A stretch of 64,000 nt of DNA from an uncultured Chloroflexia bacterium (GTDB lineage Bacteria > Chloroflexota > Dormibacteria > CF-121). The notes below the pieces were generated by a model. That model saw only the letters and a list, made by a program, of their open reading frames with translations, was not told where the DNA came from and searched no databases. Shown in pieces: positions 18,606-26,438 of this stretch; position 1 is the first letter of the stretch, and each line of letters starts with the position of its first letter. The DNA lies in NCBI GenBank assembly GCA_963795805.1, contig CAWCIV010000004.1, forward strand, positions 195,126-259,125, written 5' to 3'. The translations under genes and the position numbers were made by a program.

Positions 18606-18811
18606 GCGCAGCCAGGCCTCGCCTCACGGCCTCCGGAGGTGTCGGACACCGGGCACCGCTAGATTGAAATCGCCACGTAGTGTGTTCGGATTCGAGCCGC
18701 CGATCCTACGTTCGTAGCGCGGCTCGGCGCTATGGTCGCGGGCGTTTTGGTTTGGTGCCCAGCGCCTTGCCCCTCCGCAGGGAGCGACGATTAATCAGGT
18801 CCCCTCCTGGG

Positions 18812-19036
18812 TCATGGCACTGCTCGATCGTGTTGCCTGACGGGCACGGCCGCCAGCTCTGCGAGCCGCTCGTACTCTCCGGATAACTGGCGGTTCAGCT
18901 CCGCCACTCTGGCCTGGATGAATTGCCAGATGCTCACTTGGTCGAACTGGCGCCGGGCGTTGACCGCCGAACGAGGCCGATGGGTCTTGGGGTCGAACAG
19001 CCGGTCGAGTTTGCGTCCGGAAACCGTCGTTGCCAT
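18812..19036 (-). CDS. Hypothetical small protein
   Basis: The ATG at 19036 is preceded by AGGAGG (8-nt spacing). 74 aa, MATTVSGRKLDRLFDPKTHRPR... Divergent from a TetR gene. Confidence 0.5.
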   Translation of the reverse strand: MATTVSGRKLDRLFDPKTHRPRSAVNARRQFDQVSIWQFIQARVAELNRQLSGEYERLAELAAVPVRQHDRAVP

Positions 19037-19075
19037 TTGCAGTTCCTCCTGAGCTACTTGATGTTGGAGGCAGCA

Positions 19076-19090
19076 TGGCACAGCGTGCCA
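19076..19090. promoter_or_regulatory. 6-3-6 inverted repeat TGGCAC-AGC-GTGCCA, a putative TetR operator
   Basis: Perfect inverted repeat in the 105-nt divergent region between 18812..19036(-) and the TetR gene at 19142(+). Confidence 0.5.
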
Positions 19091-19141
19091 AAAATGTCAA
19101 GATGCGCCATCAAGGGCTCCCTGCGACACTTCTGGTACACT

Positions 19142-19768
19142 ATGCCTGTGGCGGTCCCGATCGCGGAGCGGAAGCGCCGCGCGGTCCGCGCCGAGCTCTC
19201 CGAAGCGGCGTTGCCGCTACTGGTCGAACGCAGGTTCGAGTCGGTGACAATCAATGACCTGGCTGCGGCGGCCGGCGTCTCCCGGCGAACCTTCTTTCGG
19301 TACTTCAGCTCCAAGGAAGACATGGTGTTTGCCTTTCTCGACCAGTGGGCGGTCCGCCTTGCCGCCGACATCGTTGCCCGTCCCGCTGACGAGGACCCAG
19401 TCGCCGCCGTGCACCACGCCTTCCGCCAGCTGACCATCGCCTACGAAGACCGGGCCCTGGTCCTGGTCCGGCTGGTCAGAGAGACCCCCGCGCTCCGTCA
19501 GCAAGAACGGATCAACCGCGAACACCTCCGCTCGGCGGTTGTCACTGCCGTGGCACGGCGCCTCGGCGTCGACGAGGAGCGGAGCCTGCGCCCGCAGATC
19601 CTGGCAACGATCGCCTTCGCGCCGCTCGACGCGGCCATGCTCGCCTGGTTCACAAGCCGGTCGAACCAGGAAATCGGCACGCTGCTGGATGAGGCGCTGG
19701 AAACCTTCAACCGAGAACGCGACGCCATGTGCGCGCGAATGTTACCCCGTTCCAACGTCGCGACTTGA
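19142..19768 (+). CDS. TetR/AcrR-family transcriptional regulator
   Basis: ..RRAVRAELSEAALPLLVERRFESVTINDLAAAAGVSRRTFFRYFSSKEDMV (TetR_N HTH). The ATG at 19142 is chosen because the upstream track ORF crosses the divergent gene. Confidence 0.82.
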   Translation: MPVAVPIAERKRRAVRAELSEAALPLLVERRFESVTINDLAAAAGVSRRTFFRYFSSKEDMVFAFLDQWAVRLAADIVARPADEDPVAAVHHAFRQLTIAYEDRALVLVRLVRETPALRQQERINREHLRSAVVTAVARRLGVDEERSLRPQILATIAFAPLDAAMLAWFTSRSNQEIGTLLDEALETFNRERDAMCARMLPRSNVAT

Positions 19769-19884
19769 CGGTATAGCGGACGGCTTAAACGTCGGCCGCC
19801 GCCGAACGACTGTGGACGACTTAGCCCGTCGCGCCCCCGCCAATCCTGAATTGGACGAGTGGCCCCCGGGCCGGCCGCGAGCGC

Positions 19885-20382
19885 TCAGAGACGGGGGCAG
19901 TGGGCCGTAAAGGGGAACGACTGAGAAGCAACCACCATCCCGCTCGGGTCATAGAACGTCGCTGTGCCGACAATGTTCAGCTCGTTCAGGGAAGGCGTCA
20001 GCGTCATCGGCCCTGCGTAGTGGTAGGTGCCGAGAAAGTTCCCTTTCGCGTCCCATATCTGCTGGTAGGCCTTTTGCGCGTACGTTCGCCGTCCGGTCTT
20101 CATCCAGGTGCCCACTGTCGGACTTTCCTGCGACGGGGGCGCCGCATTATCGATTTCCGACTGCGTGCCACCGACGTGAATATTCTTGATGTCGGTAACT
20201 TCGGGCGCAAAGCCGGGAACGGCCGGGATGTCGCAGTTCCAGGCACCAACGATTGGATCCGTCTTCACCGTCGTGGGTCCGTCATTGCCGGCAGCCACGA
20301 TGGACGTCGCGGGCAGTAGTGCGACTGTGGCGAAGATTGCCGCCCCGAAAATGAATCTCGCGGACGCGTTGAGGTGCGCCAT
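19885..20382 (-). CDS. Secreted hypothetical protein
   Basis: Signal-like N-terminus ..FIFGAAIFATVALLPATSIVAAG. AAGGAGG RBS. 165 aa. No family recognised. Confidence 0.6.
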   Translation of the reverse strand: MAHLNASARFIFGAAIFATVALLPATSIVAAGNDGPTTVKTDPIVGAWNCDIPAVPGFAPEVTDIKNIHVGGTQSEIDNAAPPSQESPTVGTWMKTGRRTYAQKAYQQIWDAKGNFLGTYHYAGPMTLTPSLNELNIVGTATFYDPSGMVVASQSFPFTAHCPRL

Positions 20383-20415
20383 TGTCCTGCCTCCTTAGTC
20401 GGCCAAGCTGGCTGC

Positions 20416-20469
20416 CCTATCAAGCGATAGGCTGGTAAAAACTCTAAGGGCGGGGCGCGCCGTTGTCAA
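20416..20469 (-). promoter_or_regulatory. Promoter (TTGACA-17-TAGAGT on the minus strand) plus 6-4-6 inverted repeat CCTATC-AAGC-GATAGG
   Basis: Read on the minus strand: -35 TTGACA at 20469-20464, a 17-nt spacer, -10 TAGAGT at 20446-20441, then a perfect inverted repeat at 20431-20416, then AAGGAGG and the ATG at 20382. Confidence 0.55.
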
Positions 20470-21140
20470 GCGCTATCGTCAGCGGGCGCAATTTCCGTCA
20501 GCGAGCCAGGCGCATCGGCGCTGCGCCGTATCTCGTCCACGGTAGAAGGGTCCACCAACAAGCCTCGCAAAAGGATTGTGGCGATCTGATCGGCGAGCTG
20601 GGATACGGGTCGGCGTCTACCACTGTAAAGCGTCTCAGTTCTGACCATGATCCCGACCACTATCTCGCGAACGAGAGCGGATGGGAAATCAACGAACTCC
20701 CTGCGAACAATGCCAGCGCTGACGATGCTCTCCACGTTTGCATGCAGCCGTGCGCGTTTCTTCGACCAGCGCGCAAATGAAGGGTTCCCGATGACATCTT
20801 CCGCATAAATCGAGCTCAGGTTGTAGGGCGCCGTGGCGAGATGTGTGACGTCGTGAACCAGGTACTGGTAGAGGCGGACGGCCGGCGAGCTGTCGGCCGC
20901 GGCCAGCGCCAACGTGTAGGGAAGGACCTGGTCGAGATCCCAGCTCAGTAAGGCATCCATAATTGCGGCCTTCGATTTGAAGTGATGGAAGAGAGATGGT
21001 TGTCGGATACCAACGGCCTCCGCGATCTGGCGCGTGGTTGTCGCGTGATACCCGCGGCGCGCGAATAGGTTGGACGCCTCGACGAGGATTCGTTGGCGAG
21101 TGACAGGTTCGGTTCCCCCGGAACTCGCACGAGCTGTCAC
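20466..21140 (-). CDS. TetR/AcrR-family transcriptional regulator
   Basis: ..TRQRILVEASNLFARRGYHATTTRQIAEAVGIRQPSLFHHFKSKAAIM. Start proposed at the GTG at 21140. The track ORF (to 21311) runs over a plus-strand gene remnant. Confidence 0.78.
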   Translation of the reverse strand: MTARASSGGTEPVTRQRILVEASNLFARRGYHATTTRQIAEAVGIRQPSLFHHFKSKAAIMDALLSWDLDQVLPYTLALAAADSSPAVRLYQYLVHDVTHLATAPYNLSSIYAEDVIGNPSFARWSKKRARLHANVESIVSAGIVRREFVDFPSALVREIVVGIMVRTETLYSGRRRPVSQLADQIATILLRGLLVDPSTVDEIRRSADAPGSLTEIAPADDSA

Positions 21141-21162
21141 GGCACGAGCATAGGGCAGGTAG

Positions 21163-21449
21163 GAGACCCCCCGCGGCGGTGTTCCGGGGATGCTGTCTCC
21201 GGAAGCCAGATCGGCGCCATTGCTGCTGGAGGGGAGAAGCTGATCCTGGTGGTTGGCAGCCAGAAGATCGTGCCCAACCTGGACGCTGCATTCCAGCGGA
21301 TCCGAGAGCATGTCCTTCCGTATGAGGACGCTCGGCTACCCGAAATGTTGGGCATCCATACGGCGTGGACGCGGACACTGATCCTGGAGCGGGAGTTGAC
21401 TCCCGGCCGGACGACCGTGGTCCTGGTCAGGAACCCGGTCGGATTTTGA
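21163..21449 (+). pseudogene. 3' fragment of a LUD-domain (DUF162 / YkgG-LutC-like) gene. The N-terminal half or more is missing.
   Basis: ..GSQIGAIAAGGEKLILVVGSQKIVPNLDAAFQRIREHVLPYEDARL...TTVVLVRNPVGF* resembles the C-terminal ~95 aa of small LUD proteins (..KVIVVxGxNKIVxDLdxAlxRI....ITVILVxEELGF*). No matching N-terminal sequence or start lies upstream. Confidence 0.6.
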
Positions 21450-21454
21450 ACGCC

Positions 21455-22441
21455 TCACGCAGCCAGGCGAAACTGGGTGAGAGCGGTGCGCAGGACGTTG
21501 GCCAGCTCGCTCGCCGGATAGCGGCAATCAGCCCAGCGGTCCTTCGACGGATCAAGGTGAGCGTCGAGCGTGTGGTAATTGATGTCTTTCTGGTGTGCCG
21601 TCCGGCGTTCAAGTTCCTTTGATGAAACCAGCCAGGCCTCGGGGTGGACCGCGCCGAGACGCCGATTCCACAACCGCATCACTATCCAGAAATCGTCAGC
21701 TGCCCTGAAGGTCGAGCGCCGCACGCGGACACGCACCTGGTCGTCACCCCGGAGAACTGCCGTCCCCTTGATCTGAAGGTAGGCGGCACGCGGCGATCCG
21801 AGGAGTTGGACGAGGAGGTCGCGGCCATGGATGTCGTAGGCCGGTCGGAAGAGCAGCAGATCTTTCCGATTACCGACCATGAGGTCGGTGATGGTGGCGA
21901 ACTCGTAGACGCCGCCTTGATCGATTTCCAGCGTGGGAAATTGCAGGGGCGCGGCCTGTAGAAGCCGCTCACCGGGAATGAGCTGGCGCCAGAGGTCATC
22001 GCGAGTGAAGCGATACGAAGCGAACTTGTCTTTGCGTGTTGGATAGGCAGCGAGCTGGTACACCTCCGCTCGCAGGGCGCGGTCATACTCTTTGCTCGCC
22101 AGCTTTCGCACGGCAGTAGCGTCAAGGCACCAGTAGATGTCGCCCATTGGCCATCCCTTCGAATTCGCAATCCCCAGCACCATGGAAACTCCGTCCAACT
22201 TCTGAGCTGAGCCGACCCGAACGGTCCAGTGGTACCGCCCTACCTTGTCGAGGGACCCGCTGGTCTTGATCTGGACCATGGCTGGCTGGCCAATCCCGTC
22301 GAGACTGTACGCCCGGTCGATGCCGTGTGCGTCAACCAGCGGGATCCACGGGACGACTCGAAATCCACTGCCGCGGACGACGTCCATGTCGACGAGATGC
22401 TCACCGAGCCAGCCGAGTTCCGGGCGATGGATACGAGGCAC
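21455..22441 (-). CDS. Uncharacterised protein with two tandem restriction-endonuclease-fold (DUF4365-like) halves
   Basis: 328 aa. Half 1: GWLGEHLVDMDVV..VDAHGIDRAY..AMVQIKTS. Half 2: GVYEFATITDLMV..YDIHGRDLLV..AYLQIKGT. Both repeat an E...DxHGxD...QIK pattern and a following beta-rich segment. GTG start 15 nt after the PHP gene stop. Confidence 0.6.
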   Translation of the reverse strand: MPRIHRPELGWLGEHLVDMDVVRGSGFRVVPWIPLVDAHGIDRAYSLDGIGQPAMVQIKTSGSLDKVGRYHWTVRVGSAQKLDGVSMVLGIANSKGWPMGDIYWCLDATAVRKLASKEYDRALRAEVYQLAAYPTRKDKFASYRFTRDDLWRQLIPGERLLQAAPLQFPTLEIDQGGVYEFATITDLMVGNRKDLLLFRPAYDIHGRDLLVQLLGSPRAAYLQIKGTAVLRGDDQVRVRVRRSTFRAADDFWIVMRLWNRRLGAVHPEAWLVSSKELERRTAHQKDINYHTLDAHLDPSKDRWADCRYPASELANVLRTALTQFRLAA

Positions 22442-22456
22442 GCCAGAACAACGACA

Positions 22457-23485
22457 TCACCGCGACATCCCGTCAGCCCAGGCGGCGAGGTCTCTAGCGC
22501 TCATCGTGTTGATCACGCTGCTGGCGGCAACGCCGCAGGCTGCGGCGCGCTCGCAGCCGCGGATCTGCCAGCCGAGCTGCCCGGGGGCGTGAGCGTCGGT
22601 GTCGATCGCGAAGCGGCAACCTGCCTCCACTGCCAGTCGGAGCAGCCGTTTGGGTGGGTCGAGCCGTTCAGGCCGCGAGTTGATCTCAACGGCGACGTCG
22701 AGTCGCTTGCAAGCTGCGAATACGGCTTCCGCATCGAACTCCGACTCTGGCCGCCCTCTGCCTACCACGATGCGGCCCGTGCAGTGGCCGAGCACGTTGG
22801 TGCGCGGGTTCGCGATCGCCTTCAACATTCGTTCGGTCATCTGCTCGCGGGGCATGCGCAGTTTCGAGTGCACGCTTGCGACAACGATGTCGAGCCTCTC
22901 GAGGAGAGCATCCTCCTGATCGAGGGAGCCGTCCTCGTTGATGTCTACCTCTATTCCGGTCAGGATGCGGAAGGGCGCCAGGCCGACGTTGAGCGAGGCC
23001 ACTTCATCAAGCTGTTGCCGCAACCGCTCCGCGGAAAGGCCATTGGCGACAGTGAGGCGCGGGGAATGATCGGTCAGGGCCACATACTCGTGGCCGAGCG
23101 AGCGCGCCGTCTCAGCCATCTCCAGGATGCTGCTGCCACCGTCGGACCAGTCGGAGTGGGTGTGGCAGTCGCCCAGAAGGGCCCCGCGCAATGCGGCGGC
23201 GTCGTCCGCCACGGCGCGACCCTGGGTGGATTCCAGCCGCCGCAGATAGACCGGCACTTCCCCGCGCTGGGCTTCGGTGATAGCCAGCGCGGTCACACCG
23301 CCGATGCCGGGCAGCTGCTGGAGCGAACTCTCACCGATCCTTCGTTCCAGCTCATCCGCGCTGAGCGCTGAAACCAGGTCGGCCGCGCGGCGAAAGGCGC
23401 GCACTCGGTAGGTCGGCTCCTGTGCCAACTCCAGGAGGAAGGCAATTCGCCGCAGGGCGGTGACTGCCGGGGCATCGTGGGGCAC
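22457..23485 (-). CDS. HhH + PHP-domain phosphoesterase (PolX-like C-terminal module without polymerase core)
   Basis: N-terminus ..YRVRAFRRAADLV..LQQLPGIGGVTALAI (helix-hairpin-helix). PHP motifs GDCHTHSDWSDG, ALTDHSP, GIEVDI, VASVHS, LGHCTGR, AIDTDAH are all present. Confidence 0.8.
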   Translation of the reverse strand: MPHDAPAVTALRRIAFLLELAQEPTYRVRAFRRAADLVSALSADELERRIGESSLQQLPGIGGVTALAITEAQRGEVPVYLRRLESTQGRAVADDAAALRGALLGDCHTHSDWSDGGSSILEMAETARSLGHEYVALTDHSPRLTVANGLSAERLRQQLDEVASLNVGLAPFRILTGIEVDINEDGSLDQEDALLERLDIVVASVHSKLRMPREQMTERMLKAIANPRTNVLGHCTGRIVVGRGRPESEFDAEAVFAACKRLDVAVEINSRPERLDPPKRLLRLAVEAGCRFAIDTDAHAPGQLGWQIRGCERAAACGVAASSVINTMSARDLAAWADGMSR

Positions 23486-23487
23486 GG

Positions 23488-25179
23488 CTAAGCGCGTCGA
23501 TCCCTTCGTTCCAGGGTCATCGCGTAGACAGCCGCTTCGGCGCGGCCCCGGAGGCCGAGCTTGCCCAGCACATTGCTGACGTGGTGTTCGACGGTTTTCG
23601 GGGTGACGCCGAGCCTCCGGCCTATCTCCGGGTTGGTCAGGTGCTCGGCCAGCAGGTCGAAGACCTCACGCTCACGGGGGGTCAGCAGGTCCAGGGCGCT
23701 GGGAGGAGGAGGCGGCTGGTCGGGCGCCGGCTCGCCGAGGCGGCGCAACAGGCTGGCAGCTCGTTCGGCATCGGGTGATCCGACGCCGACGTAGATCGAC
23801 AGCGCTGCCCTGGCCTCCCCGACCGCGGCTGCGGGCGCCCTCTCCGCCCGGACCTCGCCAAGATGGAGGTGAAGGGCGGCGCGCAACAGTGGCCAGTCGC
23901 GGTGGCCCAGCAAGTCGATGCCGGACTCATAGGCGGCATCTGCAGCAGCGATATCGCCCCGAAAGTGCGCAACGTGACCGGCTGCGAGTGCGGCCTGGGC
24001 CGCGACCATGGGCGCGGGCGTCTCCCTGGCGAGTGCCGCCAGATGCATCGAAGCGGCCTCTGCAGCGACGTCGTCGCCGGCGCGCAGCTCGGCTTCCACA
24101 AGAATCATCAACAATGGTGCGGCGCGTAGCCGATCCTCGCCCAGGAGACGGAGAGCCTGGCGGCTCACCACTGCGGCCTGGGCATGCCGACCACGGGCGA
24201 GGTGGAGGCGAGCCAGCGGGGCCAGTGCCTCGACCCGGTCGTGCTCGCCCTCGAGAAGGCGGTCCGCGGCGTCAAGGCGGCCCTGTCGAATCCAGAGATC
24301 GGCGAGGGCCGCGCGGCTGCTGGCGCGCTGGTTGTAGCCGGACGTGCGCGCGGTCGCGAGGCCGAGGCGCAGGGCGGTCTCTGCGTCCACCCAGCGGCCG
24401 AGCTCGCAAAGCAGGGTGCCGTAGGCGATGCGGCAGTGCGTGAACATGAAAGTCGGTCGCTGGTCGACAGAGCCGACGAGGTGACGCGCCTCCGCGGCGC
24501 GGATCCAGCTTTCGGCTCGCGACAGGTCACCGGCGCGCTCGCAGGCGGTGACCAGATCGCAGACGACCTGCGACGCCACGATGGGATTGGCGCATTCGCC
24601 GCTCTGAAGCATCGTCATCGCTTCGTCGAGGCGCGCCATGCCCTCCGCCACTCGGCCGAGCGACACATAAGCCAGACCACCATCGGCGAGCGCCTTGCAC
24701 TCCAGGTCGCAGTCGTTGAAGCGCCGAGCGAGGTCGATCGCCAACCGGGCGCCGCCATCGAGCGCCCCCGCGTCGGCGACGCTGCAGCCCACCAGCCCAA
24801 GCGCGACCCAACCCTGCTCGATACAGGGATCCTCCCCTTCAACCAGGCTGCGGGCGCGCAACAACCAGCCCTGCCCCGCCAATTGGTCGCCCACACCGTC
24901 GAATTGGACGCGGCCGAGGGAGACAGCAACGAGGGCGGCGGCACGGTTGAGCCCCGCGCTGCGGAATGCGAGAAAGGACCGCTCCAAGAGGCGCAGCGAA
25001 GTGTCGAACTCGCAGTAGAAGTACTCGATCAACCCGAGCACGTGATCGAGTTCTGGGTCGGGAGAGTTTGCGCTGCGCGCCTGGAGAAGCCCGCGAAGTC
25101 CGACAAAATCGCCGGCCCGTAGTGGCGTTTCCACGATTGCGGCCGGCACTTCGCTGAGGTACGGAAACACCGAATCCAT
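23488..25179 (-). CDS. LuxR-family regulator with long TPR/MalT-like helical repeat region
   Basis: C-terminal LTPREREVFDLLAEHLTNPEIGRRLGVTPKTVEHHVSNVLGKLGL, preceded by Ala/Leu-rich repeats. Start placed at the ATG at 25179 (MDSVFPYL..), because 25180-25602 is antisense to the methyltransferase gene. The stop is 2 nt before the PHP gene start. Confidence 0.78.
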   Translation of the reverse strand: MDSVFPYLSEVPAAIVETPLRAGDFVGLRGLLQARSANSPDPELDHVLGLIEYFYCEFDTSLRLLERSFLAFRSAGLNRAAALVAVSLGRVQFDGVGDQLAGQGWLLRARSLVEGEDPCIEQGWVALGLVGCSVADAGALDGGARLAIDLARRFNDCDLECKALADGGLAYVSLGRVAEGMARLDEAMTMLQSGECANPIVASQVVCDLVTACERAGDLSRAESWIRAAEARHLVGSVDQRPTFMFTHCRIAYGTLLCELGRWVDAETALRLGLATARTSGYNQRASSRAALADLWIRQGRLDAADRLLEGEHDRVEALAPLARLHLARGRHAQAAVVSRQALRLLGEDRLRAAPLLMILVEAELRAGDDVAAEAASMHLAALARETPAPMVAAQAALAAGHVAHFRGDIAAADAAYESGIDLLGHRDWPLLRAALHLHLGEVRAERAPAAAVGEARAALSIYVGVGSPDAERAASLLRRLGEPAPDQPPPPPSALDLLTPREREVFDLLAEHLTNPEIGRRLGVTPKTVEHHVSNVLGKLGLRGRAEAAVYAMTLERRDRRA

Positions 25180-25318
25180 CCTGACACATGCCCGCGCTGG
25201 AAACCTGGGGGTGCAACCCTGGGGGATATCCCCGATGCGGATGGGGGCGAATGCATGAAGACTGGAAGAAACCGCCAGTCCACCAACGAGCCGCGCCGAA
25301 GGCGCCCAGGAGGAAACC

Positions 25319-26359
25319 TTGAGCAACACAACCACGACCGCGCGGCGACCGGACGCCGAAACCCGTAACGCCGGCGCCGCCCCAGCCGCCGTAACGCCCG
25401 ACGCGATCATGCAGACTGCCATGGGGTTCATGGCGGCCAAGCACCTTTTTGCCGCTAACGACCTGGGTGTCTTCGAAGCGCTAGGCCAGGGCCCTGCCAA
25501 CCTCGACGAACTGGCCGCGCGCACCTCGGTGCCGCGCCGCACGCTTCGAATCAGCGTTGACGCGATGGTGGCGTTGGGATTCGTCGTCCGTGAAGGCGAC
25601 ACATATCAAAACGGACCGGTGGCCGCGACCTTCCTGGCCGGCCGCACCCTGGCGGACCTGCGTCCGTTCCTTCGCATGTGGGATCGCATCAGCTACGCTG
25701 CGTGGTCCCATCTCGAGGGCTGCCTTAGAACCGATACGGCCACTCCCACCGAACTCGATGCCGCAAACCGCGACGTCTTTCTTGCCGGCGTGGAGGCGGT
25801 GACGGCGGGCCCGGCGCATGCCCTGGCTGCTTCCTACGACTTCTCCGGTCACAAACGGTTGCTTGACCTCGGCGGTGGGACGGGCTCAATCAGCTGTGCC
25901 ATTGCAAATCGCTACCCGGATATAACTGGCACGATCTTTGATCTTCCTCGGGTGGTTCCCATGACCAGGGAGCGGCTAGCAGCTCTTGGTCTTTCCAATC
26001 GGCTGGTCGCCGCGGAGGGAGACCTGCTGCAGGGCGCGTACCCGCGCGATCATGACGTGGTGCTCCTGGCCAACATCGTCCACTATTTCGATGGCGAGCG
26101 GAACCGTGCCGTGCTTCGACACGCTCGGGAGGCCATGGCGACCGGCAGCCGGCTGCTAGCGCTCGACTTCTGGACAGACGCCAGCCACACCCAGCCCGTG
26201 GCGGCAGCGATGATGGCCGGTGAATTCGCCGTGCAGCTGGGCGGAGACGTTTACAGCGTGGACGATTTCCGCGGATGGCTGGAAGCGACGGGATGGCGCT
26301 ACATCGAGCACCGGCCATTAGCAGGACCGTTCAGCCTGATCGTGGCCGAAGCAGTCTGA
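25319..26359 (+). CDS. SAM-dependent O-methyltransferase (Methyltransf_2 with dimerisation domain)
   Basis: ..AAKHLFAANDLGVFEAL..LDELAARTSVPRRTLRISVDAMVALGFV.., LLDLGGGTGS, ..VLLANIVHYF. 346 aa, TTG start. Confidence 0.82.
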   Translation: MSNTTTTARRPDAETRNAGAAPAAVTPDAIMQTAMGFMAAKHLFAANDLGVFEALGQGPANLDELAARTSVPRRTLRISVDAMVALGFVVREGDTYQNGPVAATFLAGRTLADLRPFLRMWDRISYAAWSHLEGCLRTDTATPTELDAANRDVFLAGVEAVTAGPAHALAASYDFSGHKRLLDLGGGTGSISCAIANRYPDITGTIFDLPRVVPMTRERLAALGLSNRLVAAEGDLLQGAYPRDHDVVLLANIVHYFDGERNRAVLRHAREAMATGSRLLALDFWTDASHTQPVAAAMMAGEFAVQLGGDVYSVDDFRGWLEATGWRYIEHRPLAGPFSLIVAEAV

Positions 26360-26370
26360 TCCATTCCCTC

Positions 26371-26399
26371 TTGACAAACCCCTTGAGGAGTTCCACTAT
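26371..26399 (+). promoter_or_regulatory. Candidate sigma-70 promoter (TTGACA-17-CACTAT)
   Basis: TTGACA at 26371-26376 and a weak -10 at 26394-26399, followed by AGGAGG and the ATG at 26439. Confidence 0.35.
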
Positions 26400-26438
26400 T
26401 TTGGAACCACGTCATAACGGCCTCAGCAGGAGGGGAAC

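Noticed and set aside
18684-18706. tRNA-3'-end-like sequence (gttcggattcgagccgccgatcc) as a possible att site paired with tRNA-Val at 3395
   Set aside because: It has only loose resemblance to the T-arm and acceptor of the tRNA-Val. There is no integrase, no matching direct repeat of useful length, and core genes (rpsF, serA, trxA) lie between the two sites.
19076-19090. TGGCAC as a sigma-54 -24 element
   Set aside because: The required TTGC -12 element at the correct spacing is absent. The sequence is instead a perfect inverted repeat, which fits a TetR operator.
22229-23371. 380-aa plus-strand ORF, plus similar long ORFs at 31193..32425(-), 42073..43203(-), 47131..48264(-), 45206..45979(+), 56455..57591(-), 7104..7889(-) and 8127..8822(-)
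   Set aside because: All are antisense or off-frame shadows of genes with clear family signatures. None has a start context or recognisable motifs.
25180-25602. N-terminal 141-aa extension of the LuxR ORF (track ORF 23488..25602)
   Set aside because: The extension is antisense to the start of the O-methyltransferase gene and to the intergenic promoter region. The sequence is Ala/Ser/Arg-rich without structure, and a good internal ATG exists at 25179.
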